From a virus, in IMG/VR virus record IMGVR_UViG_3300006097_000020, positions 1-39,347 of that record: a DNA stretch of 39,347 nt. The stretch is one strand, 5' to 3'. Below, piece after piece: positions 16,160 through 25,191 of the stretch (position 1 is the stretch's first letter; each line of letters starts with the position of its first letter). A program made the translations under genes and the position numbers. The notes under the pieces are model-generated. The model was not told the origin of the DNA, searched no databases, and saw only the letters and a program-made list of their open reading frames with translations.

Positions 16160-17113
16160 CTATCTGATTAAATGAAATGAATGTGTACACATACAGTTAA
16201 CTACATTCGCCGCTGAGGCGGAGGGATCACCGGGATATTCCATTGTGTCAAATCCTACCTGAAAAAAATCATTTTTAGGCACGCGTTGTCCGTGAACAGC
16301 TGCATGATCATCTCTTGTATTAACAAAAGCTGCTATCCATTCTTTCTCATAGTCATACCCTGTTGAATCCATGCCGGTGATGCTTCCAACGTTGCTCGCT
16401 GTCGTTGTCTCGGTTCTTACTATTCGCTGAAGACGCCAACGCCTATCCCATGAGTATTTTTCCATTAGCTTATCATGCATGCTCATTGCTTGAGCTCTAC
16501 TCCCAAGTCCGGGGTCTTCCTTCAATAAGTCATTTAGATATTTTTGAAATAATCTTTTTGTGTCGCCTGTTACAGATACAATTCTGTCGCCAAGTCGATT
16601 GTTAACATAGTCATAAAATCCGGCAGCCCATACATCCTCTAATATCTCTTCCTCTTCTGATTGTTTAACATTCATTCCCGTTATAGGGCTTTTAATCGTG
16701 ATGTTTCCTACGATACTTTTTGTTTTTTTGAAATCGAGTTTTGCAAAGTAAGTCCCAACTTCCCGATAAAATTTATGATACGTATTACGAAGTTCTGTTT
16801 CCTGAATTAAAGAATCCATCTGCCCGACAATCGTATCTGCCCCAACGTTGAGAAGCTCTTCAAAAACCGGCTTTACCATCCTGTCCATGGTTTTTTGAAA
16901 GACACTCAGATATTTCCGTCTGAATTGTGCTCGATAACGTTGTGTTGTATTCCATGAACGTTGTTGATATGCCTTCTCTTTAGGGAGTTGAGAAATACAC
17001 ACAGCATAACGCTGTGACTCATCAGGAAATTCAGAGCGCATCGTAGCAGAATTCATACATCGCTGCAAAAATTCAGGTCTCGATTCAGAACTATGCGGCT
17101 TCGGTATTGGCAT
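16160..17113 (-). CDS. Head morphogenesis protein (Mu F / SPP1 gp7 family)
   Basis: 317 aa. RIVRTETTTASNVG ... TRDDHAAVHGQRV ... YPGDPSASAANVVNCMCT is the Mu-F-like signature. Confidence 0.8.
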   Translation of the reverse strand: MPIPKPHSSESRPEFLQRCMNSATMRSEFPDESQRYAVCISQLPKEKAYQQRSWNTTQRYRAQFRRKYLSVFQKTMDRMVKPVFEELLNVGADTIVGQMDSLIQETELRNTYHKFYREVGTYFAKLDFKKTKSIVGNITIKSPITGMNVKQSEEEEILEDVWAAGFYDYVNNRLGDRIVSVTGDTKRLFQKYLNDLLKEDPGLGSRAQAMSMHDKLMEKYSWDRRWRLQRIVRTETTTASNVGSITGMDSTGYDYEKEWIAAFVNTRDDHAAVHGQRVPKNDFFQVGFDTMEYPGDPSASAANVVNCMCTHSFHLIR

Positions 17114-17114
17114 A

Positions 17115-17243
17115 TTAGAACAGTAAACCTTTTAATGCTAAAGAGACAATTGTTACTATCATCAATAAGTACATAACAGATAAGAAAGTTACAAGGTCGA
17201 AATTTCGCCTTGCATGCTTAAATATCAATTGAATTCGTCTCAT
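17115..17243 (-). CDS. Possible 42-aa single-TM peptide
   Basis: Hand translation gives MRRIQLIFKHARRNFDLVTFLSVMYLLMIVTIVSLALKGLLF. Its stop lies 1 nt before the Mu-F-like start codon (17113..17111). Short, so uncertain. Confidence 0.3.
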   Translation of the reverse strand: MRRIQLIFKHARRNFDLVTFLSVMYLLMIVTIVSLALKGLLF

Positions 17244-17247
17244 TGTC

Positions 17248-17394
17248 TTATTCTTCGCTATATACATCCTCGATGATTTTTAAAATTCGTGACTTGTGAA
17301 GATTGTCAGCATTACAGGCTTTGATAGCCTTTATAAGTTCTTTTTTCCTGTCTGCAACAGTTTTTGTCTTGACTGATTTTGTTTCTTTGTCCAT
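17248..17394 (-). CDS. Possible 48-aa basic helical protein
   Basis: Hand translation gives MDKETKSVKTKTVADRKKELIKAIKACNADNLHKSRILKIIEDVYSEE. It fills an otherwise empty gap. Not in the track because it is under 60 aa. Confidence 0.35.
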   Translation of the reverse strand: MDKETKSVKTKTVADRKKELIKAIKACNADNLHKSRILKIIEDVYSEE

Positions 17395-17405
17395 TTTACT
17401 ATAAT

Positions 17406-17879
17406 TTAGACGATTATCTTACTTGCTTCAATAAAAAAATCCATCTTCTGGTCTTCTGAAAATCCAAATGCTTCAACAAATTTATTGACAAGGGCATTGT
17501 CATATTCCCATTCTTTTGTAGCTTCAAAAACTATTTTTTCACGCTTTGTCATACCCTCTATTTGTGTTATAAATTGCTCATACAAGCCTAATTGATCAAG
17601 CATTAATAGACCTTGAGCTTTCGTTATCACATGGGGAGCGATCTCTTCTTTAGTTTTTTCATATATAGTGTATTCCTGCCTGTATTCCTTATTCTCCAAA
17701 TCAACCACCCACTCTGCCGACAACTTTTGTGTATCAGGGATAGACGGTCTTTCCTGCTCTACCACCTGTAATTCCACGATGTGAGAAGGTAATTTAGGCT
17801 TCTTGCCGTCAACCAAATATTCCCCTTGTCTAATAGAGCCTACTTGATTTGTCTGTATGTTATATAGTAGTGTTTTCAT
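17406..17879 (-). CDS. Hypothetical protein
   Basis: 157-aa ORF overlapping the upstream gene by 4 nt. No motif recognised. Confidence 0.5.
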   Translation of the reverse strand: MKTLLYNIQTNQVGSIRQGEYLVDGKKPKLPSHIVELQVVEQERPSIPDTQKLSAEWVVDLENKEYRQEYTIYEKTKEEIAPHVITKAQGLLMLDQLGLYEQFITQIEGMTKREKIVFEATKEWEYDNALVNKFVEAFGFSEDQKMDFFIEASKIIV

Positions 17880-18559
17880 AATCGATTACTTAAAATATTA
17901 TTCAAATATAAAATTTCTTCATCACTTAATTCTCTGTTATATAATGAAATATAATTAATGTCACCAATTAAAGATTCACTCATTCTGTCAGGAAGTCTTG
18001 TACCAATAGCTAAACTACTTCCTGAATAAGTATTAATGAACGGGATTCCCCCATACTCTATAATATTATTAGAAAAAATCTTTAACCCACTTTCAGATGC
18101 TGTTGCAATAAAAATTGATGCTCCAATATATTGTTTTGATGATAATTGAGAAGATGAAAAAGCATTATTTCCCCCACTGTTTAGAACTTGAAATATATCA
18201 TAATATTCCCTATATCTAATTCCATAATTATCTCCCCATGACAATACGTTGCCAGAAACTAATGCTCCAACAATAACAATTGAAATTCCATTTATCTCTG
18301 AGAGGAGTGGAAGAGTATTAAATTGAACTGCACCGTATATTGTTCCGTCAAAAATTATATAACTACTTTTATCAGTAAATGTTTGTGGAGTTTTATTCAA
18401 AGTACATGTATTTCCACCTTTTAAATCATATATGATATTGCCACCACTATACGATGAAGGATTGTTTATGTCATATTCCAACATTAACCCTTCTTGGATT
18501 ATTCCCTGACTTAAATTCCTTGCCTGCTGCAAAATCCCGGCTGTTAAAAATCTGCTCAT
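17876..18559 (-). CDS. LamG / concanavalin-A-like jelly-roll domain protein
   Basis: 227 aa. The C-terminus GDINYISLYNRELSDEEILYLNN matches the hallmark end of LamG_3 domains (vriYnRaLsaeEi). Confidence 0.55.
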   Translation of the reverse strand: MSRFLTAGILQQARNLSQGIIQEGLMLEYDINNPSSYSGGNIIYDLKGGNTCTLNKTPQTFTDKSSYIIFDGTIYGAVQFNTLPLLSEINGISIVIVGALVSGNVLSWGDNYGIRYREYYDIFQVLNSGGNNAFSSSQLSSKQYIGASIFIATASESGLKIFSNNIIEYGGIPFINTYSGSSLAIGTRLPDRMSESLIGDINYISLYNRELSDEEILYLNNILSNRL

Positions 18560-18999
18560 GCTACACCTCCTATTACGTCAAATAAATTATCAGCTACTTT
18601 TATTATCTGAATAGCCGTATATTGCCCGGCAGTAGATAAATTGCCGTTAAGTATCACCCCCGTATCCCCGGCAAGCGTAATCTTCCCCGCCCCGGCCTGC
18701 CAAAAAGTGATTGGTTGACCTGTTAACATTGAATTCGGAACGGTAACAGTTATATCTGTTGCGCCTGTATAACGGATATACTTATTCCCATCAGCGACGC
18801 CAACAATGAAAGTCCCTGGTTCCTGCCTTATCGAAACAGAATTGTCAAGTTTGCTATTCAAATCAGATGCAACAACATACTCATTATTGGAAGAAGGATT
18901 ATCAGCAGCATTCAGAGCATCAAGAATATTCAACTTCAATGCTCCTGTTCCATCTTCCGACAATTTTATGGGTTCTAATATTTTAACAGTTATTGCCAT
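18556..18999 (-). CDS. Hypothetical (probably structural) protein
   Basis: 147-aa beta-rich ORF in operon register. Confidence 0.45.
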   Translation of the reverse strand: MAITVKILEPIKLSEDGTGALKLNILDALNAADNPSSNNEYVVASDLNSKLDNSVSIRQEPGTFIVGVADGNKYIRYTGATDITVTVPNSMLTGQPITFWQAGAGKITLAGDTGVILNGNLSTAGQYTAIQIIKVADNLFDVIGGVA

Positions 19000-19334
19000 C
19001 AGCTTTCGTTAATTTCAGGGGTTATCGTGAAAACTCCATAAATGGTGATATATGGTTGCCCAAATGAATTCATTATATCAATTTCATATCGATGAACACC
19101 GGCTTTTCCTTTTGTGTCTTCTGGTAATAGTTGAATAACAAACGACGTATTATCAGGATTAATTGTAATTCCATCCACTGATGTTTTCCTCAGAATTAAA
19201 GAATTATTGTTGTCTCTTACCTCAAGGCTTATTGAGTTGTTCGTCAAATCAACATTCGTAAATTCAATCTCTATATCAGAAAGGTTCCCCTCGTGACGTG
19301 TTATGTTGTACTTATATGGTTCGTAGGTTGCCAT
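18999..19334 (-). CDS. Small Ig-like/beta-sandwich hypothetical protein
   Basis: 111 aa with alternating beta pattern (IEIEFTNVDL..., HRYEIDIMN..., GVFTITP) reminiscent of phage Ig-like decoration domains. Confidence 0.4.
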   Translation of the reverse strand: MATYEPYKYNITRHEGNLSDIEIEFTNVDLTNNSISLEVRDNNNSLILRKTSVDGITINPDNTSFVIQLLPEDTKGKAGVHRYEIDIMNSFGQPYITIYGVFTITPEINES

Positions 19335-19335
19335 C

Positions 19336-20694
19336 TCAGTAAGTTATTTCATTTTTTTGATAAAAGGCCTTCTCTTCCTCTGTAACATCAAACACTTCAG
19401 AGTCTATCTGGTCGACAGGAATACGATTCATTGCTATATATTTCCTGTTAAGATGTTCTTCTTCAAGAGGTGAAACTCCCAATAGCTCTCTGTATTCATT
19501 ACCTGAAATTACTGAATCATTGTACATCTTAGAAACCCAGGTTGATTTTTTTGCTTTGTCTTCCTGCAACTCTTCAATTTCTGAATAATCAGGAATGTAT
19601 CTCATTGTTTCTTTGCCGGCATAGCCCGGAAGGATATTATTTGTGATGCCTTCGTGAAACGCTCTCAAATCAACCATTATCCTGTCTGTCCACATCTCCT
19701 TCCGCGCCTCGCTTCTATTATTAAAAGTACTTCCGACGCTGTCATTGAATAGCTCGGCAGCTACCTGAAGGACGTTACAGAACACGCGTCTGCCGTCTTG
19801 AACATTTTCCAATATTCCGAGTTCTTTTACTGATTTATAACCTAACTGATGAATTTGAACACCAGAGCCCATGAGCGCCGGGATATTAACGTTCCGGTCA
19901 TCTTTATATTTGTTCCTCCAAACATTTTCAAATTGTTCTTTCTGCTCCTTCGTTGGCTGGGTAACAAGATTTTCATCTGATATCAAAAATGGCGGCATCC
20001 CCTGATTGTACATTTTTGCAGCTCTGTCATAACCTCCATTCTGCATGTTGATAATCCTTACAGCTGCTTTTAAAGGTGATAACCCCATAAAGTTTCGTCC
20101 ATGCTCATATTGAAGCGAAGGAAAACGTTCGTGCCATACATTTTCCGGGGATATGCCTTTTTCGGCCTCATTTATTGTAAAAGTATACTCGCCAATTGGC
20201 TGAGACCAGCCACCAGAACGAATTTCAACGAGTTGAGTCGGCATCATTAAAAGCCCGTTCGTTGTTAGTTTTCCCTTGTCGTTGCCATTTTCAAGTTTAG
20301 GACAATAAACAATGCTGTTCCCCGTTATCAATCTAAATAATTCCCATGCCATCTTGAATTCAAACCACGTCTGATAATGATTAGGTCTCTGAATTACATC
20401 AAGGAATTCATGTGAATCAACGTCTTCCCATTTGTTTTTTCTTTTAACCTGTAGTTTACCGGGAGCCATTCCGAATTTTGCAGCAATTTTGGTAGCTATT
20501 GAGAAAACATCAGCGTTGCCTTCATACCCTTTTTTTACATAATCGTCGGTAGACAAGTCGCGATCAAGGAACATTCCTTCTCCTGATATATATTGAAGGA
20601 TTGATTTGTAGAGTTCATTCTCCCTTGTTATTTCCGCCCTAAATTCTTTTTTTGAAAGGGCTTTTAAATTTTGTAGGAAAGTCTTAAGTGCCAT
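19336..20694 (-). CDS. Portal protein (HK97-type)
   Basis: 452 aa. Position is after TerL, and size and general sequence character fit the portal family. Confidence 0.75.
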   Translation of the reverse strand: MALKTFLQNLKALSKKEFRAEITRENELYKSILQYISGEGMFLDRDLSTDDYVKKGYEGNADVFSIATKIAAKFGMAPGKLQVKRKNKWEDVDSHEFLDVIQRPNHYQTWFEFKMAWELFRLITGNSIVYCPKLENGNDKGKLTTNGLLMMPTQLVEIRSGGWSQPIGEYTFTINEAEKGISPENVWHERFPSLQYEHGRNFMGLSPLKAAVRIINMQNGGYDRAAKMYNQGMPPFLISDENLVTQPTKEQKEQFENVWRNKYKDDRNVNIPALMGSGVQIHQLGYKSVKELGILENVQDGRRVFCNVLQVAAELFNDSVGSTFNNRSEARKEMWTDRIMVDLRAFHEGITNNILPGYAGKETMRYIPDYSEIEELQEDKAKKSTWVSKMYNDSVISGNEYRELLGVSPLEEEHLNRKYIAMNRIPVDQIDSEVFDVTEEEKAFYQKNEITY

Positions 20695-20947
20695 ATCGAT
20701 TGATAAAATCCAATTCTGTCTGTATCTGTCCTTTGAACATCTTTATCAGCAATTCATCGTCTTGAGCAATGCTGTCATAAGCGATAAATGAGATGCTGAA
20801 CTCATTGATTGAAGAAACACGAGTAATTCTTACCTTTTTCAATCCCTTAGCTTCATCTGTGATGATGAAAATCCAGTCTTTGTATGTAAATTGTCTCATT
20901 CTGTAAATGTAAGGATTTTTGTTCTTAAAATGCAAATTATCACACAA
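20684..20947 (-). CDS. Hypothetical protein between TerL and portal
   Basis: 87-aa ORF. The more likely start is MRQFTYKDW at 20899, which avoids the deep overlap with TerL. Confidence 0.4.
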   Translation of the reverse strand: MCDNLHFKNKNPYIYRMRQFTYKDWIFIITDEAKGLKKVRITRVSSINEFSISFIAYDSIAQDDELLIKMFKGQIQTELDFINRYGT

Positions 20948-22247
20948 TAAAGAATTCTTTCTGTGTTTTTAAATCAAAATAAAATCTCATCAAAAGAGCA
21001 TCACGCCAATCCGGAGAACGTCCAATCATTTTTTTTATTTCATCTTTGCCAACCAACTTTTTTTTACCTTCCGCGTCGTTAGTTATTCGCTTAAGATGTT
21101 CAAGTTCCTCTGCAATTTCATCTTTTCTGTCGCCTGACAAGACTACCTCAATTGCCAATTTACTTTCATTTATACAATCGGCAAGAGCAAATCCGCATTG
21201 ACTTTGAAGGTTTGAAAAATTTTGTTTTTCTCCGTTGATTTCAAAAGGTGTTGCGTTGTTTACAAAGTTCTCACAATCTACCTGATCTGCTACACCTCCC
21301 CCGACACCGTCACTATCCACAACTGTCTGCCGATTTGGAATATTATATTGTTGTTGAAATTTCTTTATTCTGGCGCTTATTTCTGTTGTCTTTGAAATTT
21401 CCATAACAGCTGCGTCAATGACTACATATCCGTCCCATACTAAAATTATTGATTTATCGCTTCCAAAGCGCGCAGCGTCACAGGTTATATATTTCTTCCC
21501 TCGAACCCCTGCATTTGTGAAAATATCTACGATTGCATCGTATGATTCGATTAATCGAGCCGGATCATCGTCATATTCCCAGTTGCCATAATAAAGTCTT
21601 TGTCTGCTATTTTCGTCTAATCTAAGAAGAGAATCGAGATATGTTTTCGGAAGATATGGGTTTTCAGTTGGAAGAGATTGAACAAAAGCTCTGTTCCGTT
21701 TCAAGGTTTTTTCTTTTGCTGGCTTATAGAATTCTTTGTATCCCCATCCTTTCCAAGGATTACAAGTTCCAAGCGTTTTTGGAGTTAGACCAAAATCATT
21801 CAATCTATATCGTTGCCGCGATTGAACAATTTGCCAAGCTTTCCAACTGACCTGCGATGCTTCATCTATAAAGGCGCCAGTTATTTCAAGCGAACCCAGA
21901 GAGTCAAACTCCGGATCGGAAGGATATAAAAATAAGTCCTTAAGAATGATAGAAGAACCATTGTTGAAGTTAATAACACCCCCAACTGAATTGTATTTAT
22001 ATTGATTTGATATTCCGAGTTTATTAGAAAGGTCAAAAAATGTTGCGAGAGTTGTTTCTTTAAGAGTTTTTAATTTTGAGCGTCCGAGGAGCCACCTACT
22101 CCCTTTATATTTCTGTGCCTGCTCAATAGCCCTCAAGGCAAGCAATGCAGTTTTCCCACCTCCGGCCGCCCCTCCAAACAAAACCTCCGTAATTGCCGGA
22201 TGATTAAGATACCATACTGCCTCTCGTTGTTTTCCTAATAATTTCAT
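20940..22247 (-). CDS. terL: Terminase large subunit
   Basis: 435 aa. Walker A GGAAGGGKTA, a downstream acidic ATPase motif (AFIDEASQ) and a C-terminal nuclease-like half. Confidence 0.85.
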   Translation of the reverse strand: MKLLGKQREAVWYLNHPAITEVLFGGAAGGGKTALLALRAIEQAQKYKGSRWLLGRSKLKTLKETTLATFFDLSNKLGISNQYKYNSVGGVINFNNGSSIILKDLFLYPSDPEFDSLGSLEITGAFIDEASQVSWKAWQIVQSRQRYRLNDFGLTPKTLGTCNPWKGWGYKEFYKPAKEKTLKRNRAFVQSLPTENPYLPKTYLDSLLRLDENSRQRLYYGNWEYDDDPARLIESYDAIVDIFTNAGVRGKKYITCDAARFGSDKSIILVWDGYVVIDAAVMEISKTTEISARIKKFQQQYNIPNRQTVVDSDGVGGGVADQVDCENFVNNATPFEINGEKQNFSNLQSQCGFALADCINESKLAIEVVLSGDRKDEIAEELEHLKRITNDAEGKKKLVGKDEIKKMIGRSPDWRDALLMRFYFDLKTQKEFFIV

Positions 22248-22609
22248 TAATCAGGTTTTTTCCCGTCACCTAAGTTGATGATATTAATTGTTTCTCCGTT
22301 TGTGGTATGATCTATGTAATGCTGATTTAACTTCATGTGTTCTTCCTTTGTTGCAATCAATCTCATTGCAGCAATTTGCAAAGTTGGATTGTCACTCGCT
22401 ATCCATTTGTTAATCATATACGTTTTTGCTTTTACCCGGTTTTGAATGATAGCTTCCTTTATGTAGTCTATTTTGTCCAAATTGTACTTATATGCAGTTG
22501 CGCGGGAAAATGAAGTAAACGCAAAGCAATGATCGAAATAAACAATCTTGTGTTTTTTTATGACTTCGATTAATTCGTTTTCGTATTTTTTTTTACTTCC
22601 TCGTGCCAT
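22247..22609 (-). CDS. Terminase small subunit-like (HTH) protein
   Basis: 120 aa, directly upstream of TerL and overlapping it. The basic N-terminus and helical core are typical of small terminases in AT-rich phages. Confidence 0.5.
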   Translation of the reverse strand: MARGSKKKYENELIEVIKKHKIVYFDHCFAFTSFSRATAYKYNLDKIDYIKEAIIQNRVKAKTYMINKWIASDNPTLQIAAMRLIATKEEHMKLNQHYIDHTTNGETINIINLGDGKKPD

Positions 22610-22803
22610 TTTAGTTTATTTTAATCGGTTTTTTAGAATTCAAACTAAATTGCTGCTTATCAATAAATGTAGCCCAAACTTCTTTGGCTGTGTATTTATC
22701 TGCAAATCTTAATAATTGAAAGACAAACTCCCGTCTTCATCTTTTCCGGCGTCATAATCTTCCCATGTCATGTTCCAGTCATCCATATCCATAATATATA
22801 ACT

Positions 22804-23574
22804 TTATTTGCGACCAAAATGTTTTCGCCAATCAACAAAGTGATGCGGACGTCCAAACCGAATTACAACATCTACATACTGTGGCCATACTTTTTGCAGC
22901 ATTTTAGCTTTCAAGAGTTTTTTGTCGTATGAGTTGTTCTTGTAGAGTTCAGTTTGATTACCACCTTTCATTTTGGCAACAGTCGATGTTTTATTTATTA
23001 AATAAAGCTGGCTTGAGGCTGTGATGCCCCCGTTATGCAATACTTGAAGACATAAGTCAACATCCTCATTATACTTAAGTCTCCATCTGTATTTAAGATT
23101 ATTTTTTATCAACAAAGCTGAGTAAACATGACAATTGATTTTAAATGCTTTTCGCGGCGGTTTAGTAGAAAAATATCTGTATTCAAAGCCAGATATATCG
23201 ATATTGTATTTATTAACAAAATCTTCAACGAATACTAAAGCCTCATTATAATCATATATGTTTTTTTTCTTTCCGCCCTGCCATTTGCAAAATCCTCTGA
23301 TGTTGTCATCGAACAACCAGTGATATTTGTGTCCATTTTTTTTTGCATGCTCCCAGCAATAATTCCTTGCAGGATAACTCCCAAGCCCTAAATCAGAAAA
23401 AGGCAATTTTAAAATCTTGCTTGAGTCAATTACTTCTGAATATTTTTTAAATTCATGTGGTTCGACAGCAATTAGATAATCAATTTGATGTTCGTCAAAA
23501 TATCTTGCTGTTATAGGATTATAGTATCGCCCTTTTGATATTACATAGACTGGGTATTTATGCTGACCTGCCAT
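22804..23574 (-). CDS. GT-A-like glycosyltransferase-type protein (tentative)
   Basis: 256 aa. The N-terminal beta-strand YPVYVISKGR, then HWLFDDNI (DxD-like) and later NEDVDL, resemble nucleotide-sugar transferase folds. Overlaps the ParB-like gene by 34 nt. Confidence 0.35.
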   Translation of the reverse strand: MAGQHKYPVYVISKGRYYNPITARYFDEHQIDYLIAVEPHEFKKYSEVIDSSKILKLPFSDLGLGSYPARNYCWEHAKKNGHKYHWLFDDNIRGFCKWQGGKKKNIYDYNEALVFVEDFVNKYNIDISGFEYRYFSTKPPRKAFKINCHVYSALLIKNNLKYRWRLKYNEDVDLCLQVLHNGGITASSQLYLINKTSTVAKMKGGNQTELYKNNSYDKKLLKAKMLQKVWPQYVDVVIRFGRPHHFVDWRKHFGRK

Positions 23575-24104
23575 GCCTGTCCTTGTTTTTTAGCATTTAT
23601 ATTATACTTTTTTAAATATCTTTCAGCAGCATCTTTGTTTTCAAAAATAAAAACGACTCTTTGAACGTCTGTTTTTGCACCAATTTCTCTAAGTTCTTCT
23701 TCATCTAACAGAATATCATCTTCTGACATTTCATTAGCATTATTCCATATACTAACATCTACGCCCCACTGATTAATCTCATCTACATTCCACTCAGATC
23801 TGATCATTTCCCAATCCCATTCCCCAAAATTTTCATTGTCGATTAAAATAAATCGACGTTGTTCTTCTTCTGTTAATTCTGATGCCTTCTTTATCCAGGT
23901 ATCAGGAATTTCTTTATATCCAAGATCAATTAAAGCCTTTAGCCGCTGATTGCCGCCTAATATCATATTATTATCGTCGACAACAATTGGCCTTAGGGCC
24001 ATCATTTTTGGAAATTCCGCAATAGATTTCTTTAATTTTTTAAATCTTTCATCTCTGATAAATCTCGGATTATCAGGATTTGGTTTTAAGTCTGAAATTT
24101 TCAT
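23541..24104 (-). CDS. ParB N-terminal (ParB/Srx) domain protein
   Basis: 187 aa. ISDLKPNPDNPRFI ... PIVVDDNNMILGGNQRLKALIDLG is the ParB-like nuclease/CTP-binding domain signature. Confidence 0.7.
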   Translation of the reverse strand: MKISDLKPNPDNPRFIRDERFKKLKKSIAEFPKMMALRPIVVDDNNMILGGNQRLKALIDLGYKEIPDTWIKKASELTEEEQRRFILIDNENFGEWDWEMIRSEWNVDEINQWGVDVSIWNNANEMSEDDILLDEEELREIGAKTDVQRVVFIFENKDAAERYLKKYNINAKKQGQAWQVSINTQSM

Positions 24105-24105
24105 C

Positions 24106-24279
24106 TCAAATGCATTCTTTTACGAAAAACAGGAATAAGACTAAAAACATTATCAAATTTACAATTCTATTTAGCCATTTCCAAATTTTTACGTTTTGTC
24201 TCTCGGTTTTGAGAGATACTCGGCGATGTGTATCTCTTATCATATCGCCGACTGTTGGAATCTCTTTGTTTGTTTTCAT
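24106..24279 (-). CDS. Small tail-anchored membrane protein (start trimmed to MKTNKE)
   Basis: The track ORF 24106..24357 has an N-terminal extension that is simply the translated 56-nt repeat block. The ATG at 24279 follows that block. C-terminal TM helix IVNLIMFLVLFLFFV. Confidence 0.45.
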   Translation of the reverse strand: MKTNKEIPTVGDMIRDTHRRVSLKTERQNVKIWKWLNRIVNLIMFLVLFLFFVKECI

Positions 24280-24285
24280 GGTTTT

Positions 24286-24341
24286 TTTATTTAACGATAA
24301 TTTATTATGCATCATTGACGCTATATATGTGTTATGCCTCA
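24286..24341. repeat. 56-nt intergenic repeat block, copy 1 (partner at 28014..28069)
   Basis: tttatttaacgataatttattatgcatcattgacgctatatatgtgttatgcctca matches the partner at 51/56 positions by hand alignment. Both copies sit immediately 5' of a small-gene start codon. Confidence 0.85.
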
Positions 24342-24580
24342 GCTTCAAAAACATCAATGCTTACAAAGGCTTCTTTTCTCAAGTATATTCCGTTTGTATA
24401 TTGATGTAAGAAACTGATTTGTTCATCCTTAGTCATTTTTTTAGATGATTTAAAGAAGCCTGTGCCAACAGTTCTACCGTTCTGTTTACTTGTAACCGAA
24501 AATCTATAACCAAAAGCCGAAGGCATAACACCGTGTATAGTGCATGGCTCGGTTTGTGTTTTATTTGATGTATTTTCCAT
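24332..24580 (-). CDS. Hypothetical protein
   Basis: 82-aa ORF. Its 5' end carries the recurrent TATACACGGTGTTATGCC motif, and its stop codon lies inside the 56-nt repeat block. Confidence 0.45.
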   Translation of the reverse strand: MENTSNKTQTEPCTIHGVMPSAFGYRFSVTSKQNGRTVGTGFFKSSKKMTKDEQISFLHQYTNGIYLRKEAFVSIDVFEAEA

Positions 24581-24676
24581 TATATTAATTTTTTACTTGT
24601 TCGATACTTTGGTGCTATTTATACGCCACGACACCATACACGTGGCACGTTAGAAAATATTTGCTTACGCGCAGTT

Positions 24677-24853
24677 CTAAGCCTTAAATTTAGCCCCAAC
24701 CACTCTCTCTAATTCCTCTAACTCATTTTTATTTAAAATCACCACGCTTTTATATCCATCAATAAACTGAGTTATTACAATAGATTTATCTGTATAATCA
24801 GCATATTTCCTTTTAGAAGTGTTCTCGCTTAATATTGTTATAGTTGTTTCCAT
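24677..24853 (-). CDS. Hypothetical protein (start trimmed to METTITIL)
   Basis: Starting at the ATG at 24853 removes a 59-nt overlap and leaves 1 nt after the upstream stop. Confidence 0.45.
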   Translation of the reverse strand: METTITILSENTSKRKYADYTDKSIVITQFIDGYKSVVILNKNELEELERVVGAKFKA

Positions 24854-24854
24854 T

Positions 24855-25079
24855 TCAGTCGGTTTTAATCCAATAATTCCAAATTCCTTGTGCCCACGAA
24901 TATGCGTAAACAAATGTCATTATTAATATTCCCCATTGCTCATTTTGGATCGTTGTATATACCCAAAATGGTTGTCCACACAATCCTAATATATAGCCCC
25001 ATCGTTTCCATTTTTCAGTTCTACTCACAAACCAAATTGCTGAAGCTCCAAAAATCATAATTGCTATTTGTGAAATCAT
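24855..25079 (-). CDS. Small 3-TM, Trp-rich membrane protein
   Basis: 74 aa with three hydrophobic helices and many Trp/Tyr (GQPFWVY, YAYSWAQGIWNYW). Function unknown. Confidence 0.5.
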   Translation of the reverse strand: MISQIAIMIFGASAIWFVSRTEKWKRWGYILGLCGQPFWVYTTIQNEQWGILIMTFVYAYSWAQGIWNYWIKTD

Positions 25080-25191
25080 CCCGCTAAACGTTTTCTAACA
25101 AGCTTGTAATATGCCATGCCTGTTAAGTTAGTGCCGTTTTTTTTCTGTATGAGGCTTGCACGGCACATACAAGCCGGGACGTTGGCAGCAA

